Assembly: GCA_050293845.1 (NCBI GenBank)
Contig: JBNKNM010000123.1
Span: 1-15,408 of the forward strand
DNA length: 15,408 nucleotides
From: Pseudobacteriovorax sp.
Lineage (GTDB): Bacteria; Bdellovibrionota_B; Oligoflexia; Oligoflexales; Oligoflexaceae
Direction: 5' to 3'
Part shown: in pieces, positions 15,142 through 15,408 of the stretch
How the letters are laid out: each line of letters opens with the position of its first letter
Numbering within the stretch: position 1 is the first letter of the stretch
Notes under the pieces: generated by a model
What the model was told of the DNA's origin: nothing
The model's database searches: none
Seen by the model: the letters and a program-made list of their open reading frames with translations, nothing else
Made by a program: the position numbers and the translations under genes

Positions 15142-15408
15142 TTGGCAAAGAAAAAAGTAAAAACAGCAAAAAAGGCAGCAACTAAAAAAAAGGTGGCTAA
15201 GAAAAAGGCAGCAAAAAAAGTTGCTGCTAAAAAGAAAACTGCCAAGAAAAAGCTTGTGAAGAAGTCTACAGCCAAAAAAAAGCTTGCTAAAAAGAAGGTA
15301 GCCAAAAAGAAAGCAACTGCTAAGAAAAAAGTCGCTAAAAAGAAGGTAGCCAAAAAGAAAGCGACCGCTAAGAAAAAAGTTGCTAAAAAGAAGGTAAACA
15401 AAAAGAAA
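15142..15408 (+). CDS. Histone H1-like Lys/Ala-rich repeat protein, 3' end runs off the window
   Basis: AAGGAG SD (15128-15133), TTG start, 89 open codons: MAKKKVKTAKKAATKKKVAKKKAAKKVAAKKKTAKKKLVKKSTAKKKLAKKKVAKKKATAKKKVAKKKVAKKKATAKKKVAKKKVNKKK. Third positions vary synonymously. Confidence 0.88.
   Translation, partial: MAKKKVKTAKKAATKKKVAKKKAAKKVAAKKKTAKKKLVKKSTAKKKLAKKKVAKKKATAKKKVAKKKVAKKKATAKKKVAKKKVNKKK
15286..15408 (+). repeat. 48-bp intragenic tandem repeat (AKKKVAKKKATAKKKV), ~2.6 copies visible
   Basis: Units start at 15286, 15334 and 15382. The first two differ only at three synonymous positions. Confidence 0.85.

Noticed and set aside
15117..15401. 94-aa Phe/Leu/Ala-rich minus-strand ORF that looks like a membrane protein
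   Set aside because: It is the reverse complement of the Lys/Ala repeat gene (AAA/AAG read as TTT/CTT). The SD and start are on the plus strand.
15286..15408. 48-bp repeats as a CRISPR array
   Set aside because: Repeats are contiguous with no spacers, are in frame, and vary at synonymous positions; no cas genes.

Overview
Chromosomal bacterial window with no mobile element, CRISPR array, rRNA or tRNA. Gene content (TIGR02147/DUF4423-like regulator, stand-alone PilZ, TraF-like barrel plus lipoprotein, GnnA-like gene next to lpxB, histone-H1-like Lys/Ala protein) suggests a Bdellovibrionota/Oligoflexia-like organism, which is inference only. Left to right: a truncated DUF1062-like gene (-, missed by the ORF track); a ~1 kb 'intergenic' stretch rich in minus-strand RNA structure (candidate leader-peptide attenuator, terminator/antiterminator or sRNA, and a 6S-like long hairpin); a Tat-like hypothetical protein; a membrane-anchored hypothetical protein; an XRE-HTH/winged-helix regulator overlapping a 58-aa secreted peptide gene; a TraF-like outer-membrane barrel coupled to a Cys-rich lipoprotein; stand-alone LuxR-HTH and PilZ genes with candidate operators; an Fe3+/AfuABC-type ABC transporter; a Gfo/Idh/MocA (GnnA-like)-lpxB pair; an FAD-dependent oxidoreductase; and the start of a histone-H1-like protein (+, missed by the ORF track). 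The best candidates for undescribed biology are the regulator plus secreted-peptide cassette (2838-3774), the structured RNA region upstream of DUF1062 (409-1395) and the barrel plus lipoprotein pair (3778-5788). All family assignments come from motif recognition, not database searches.
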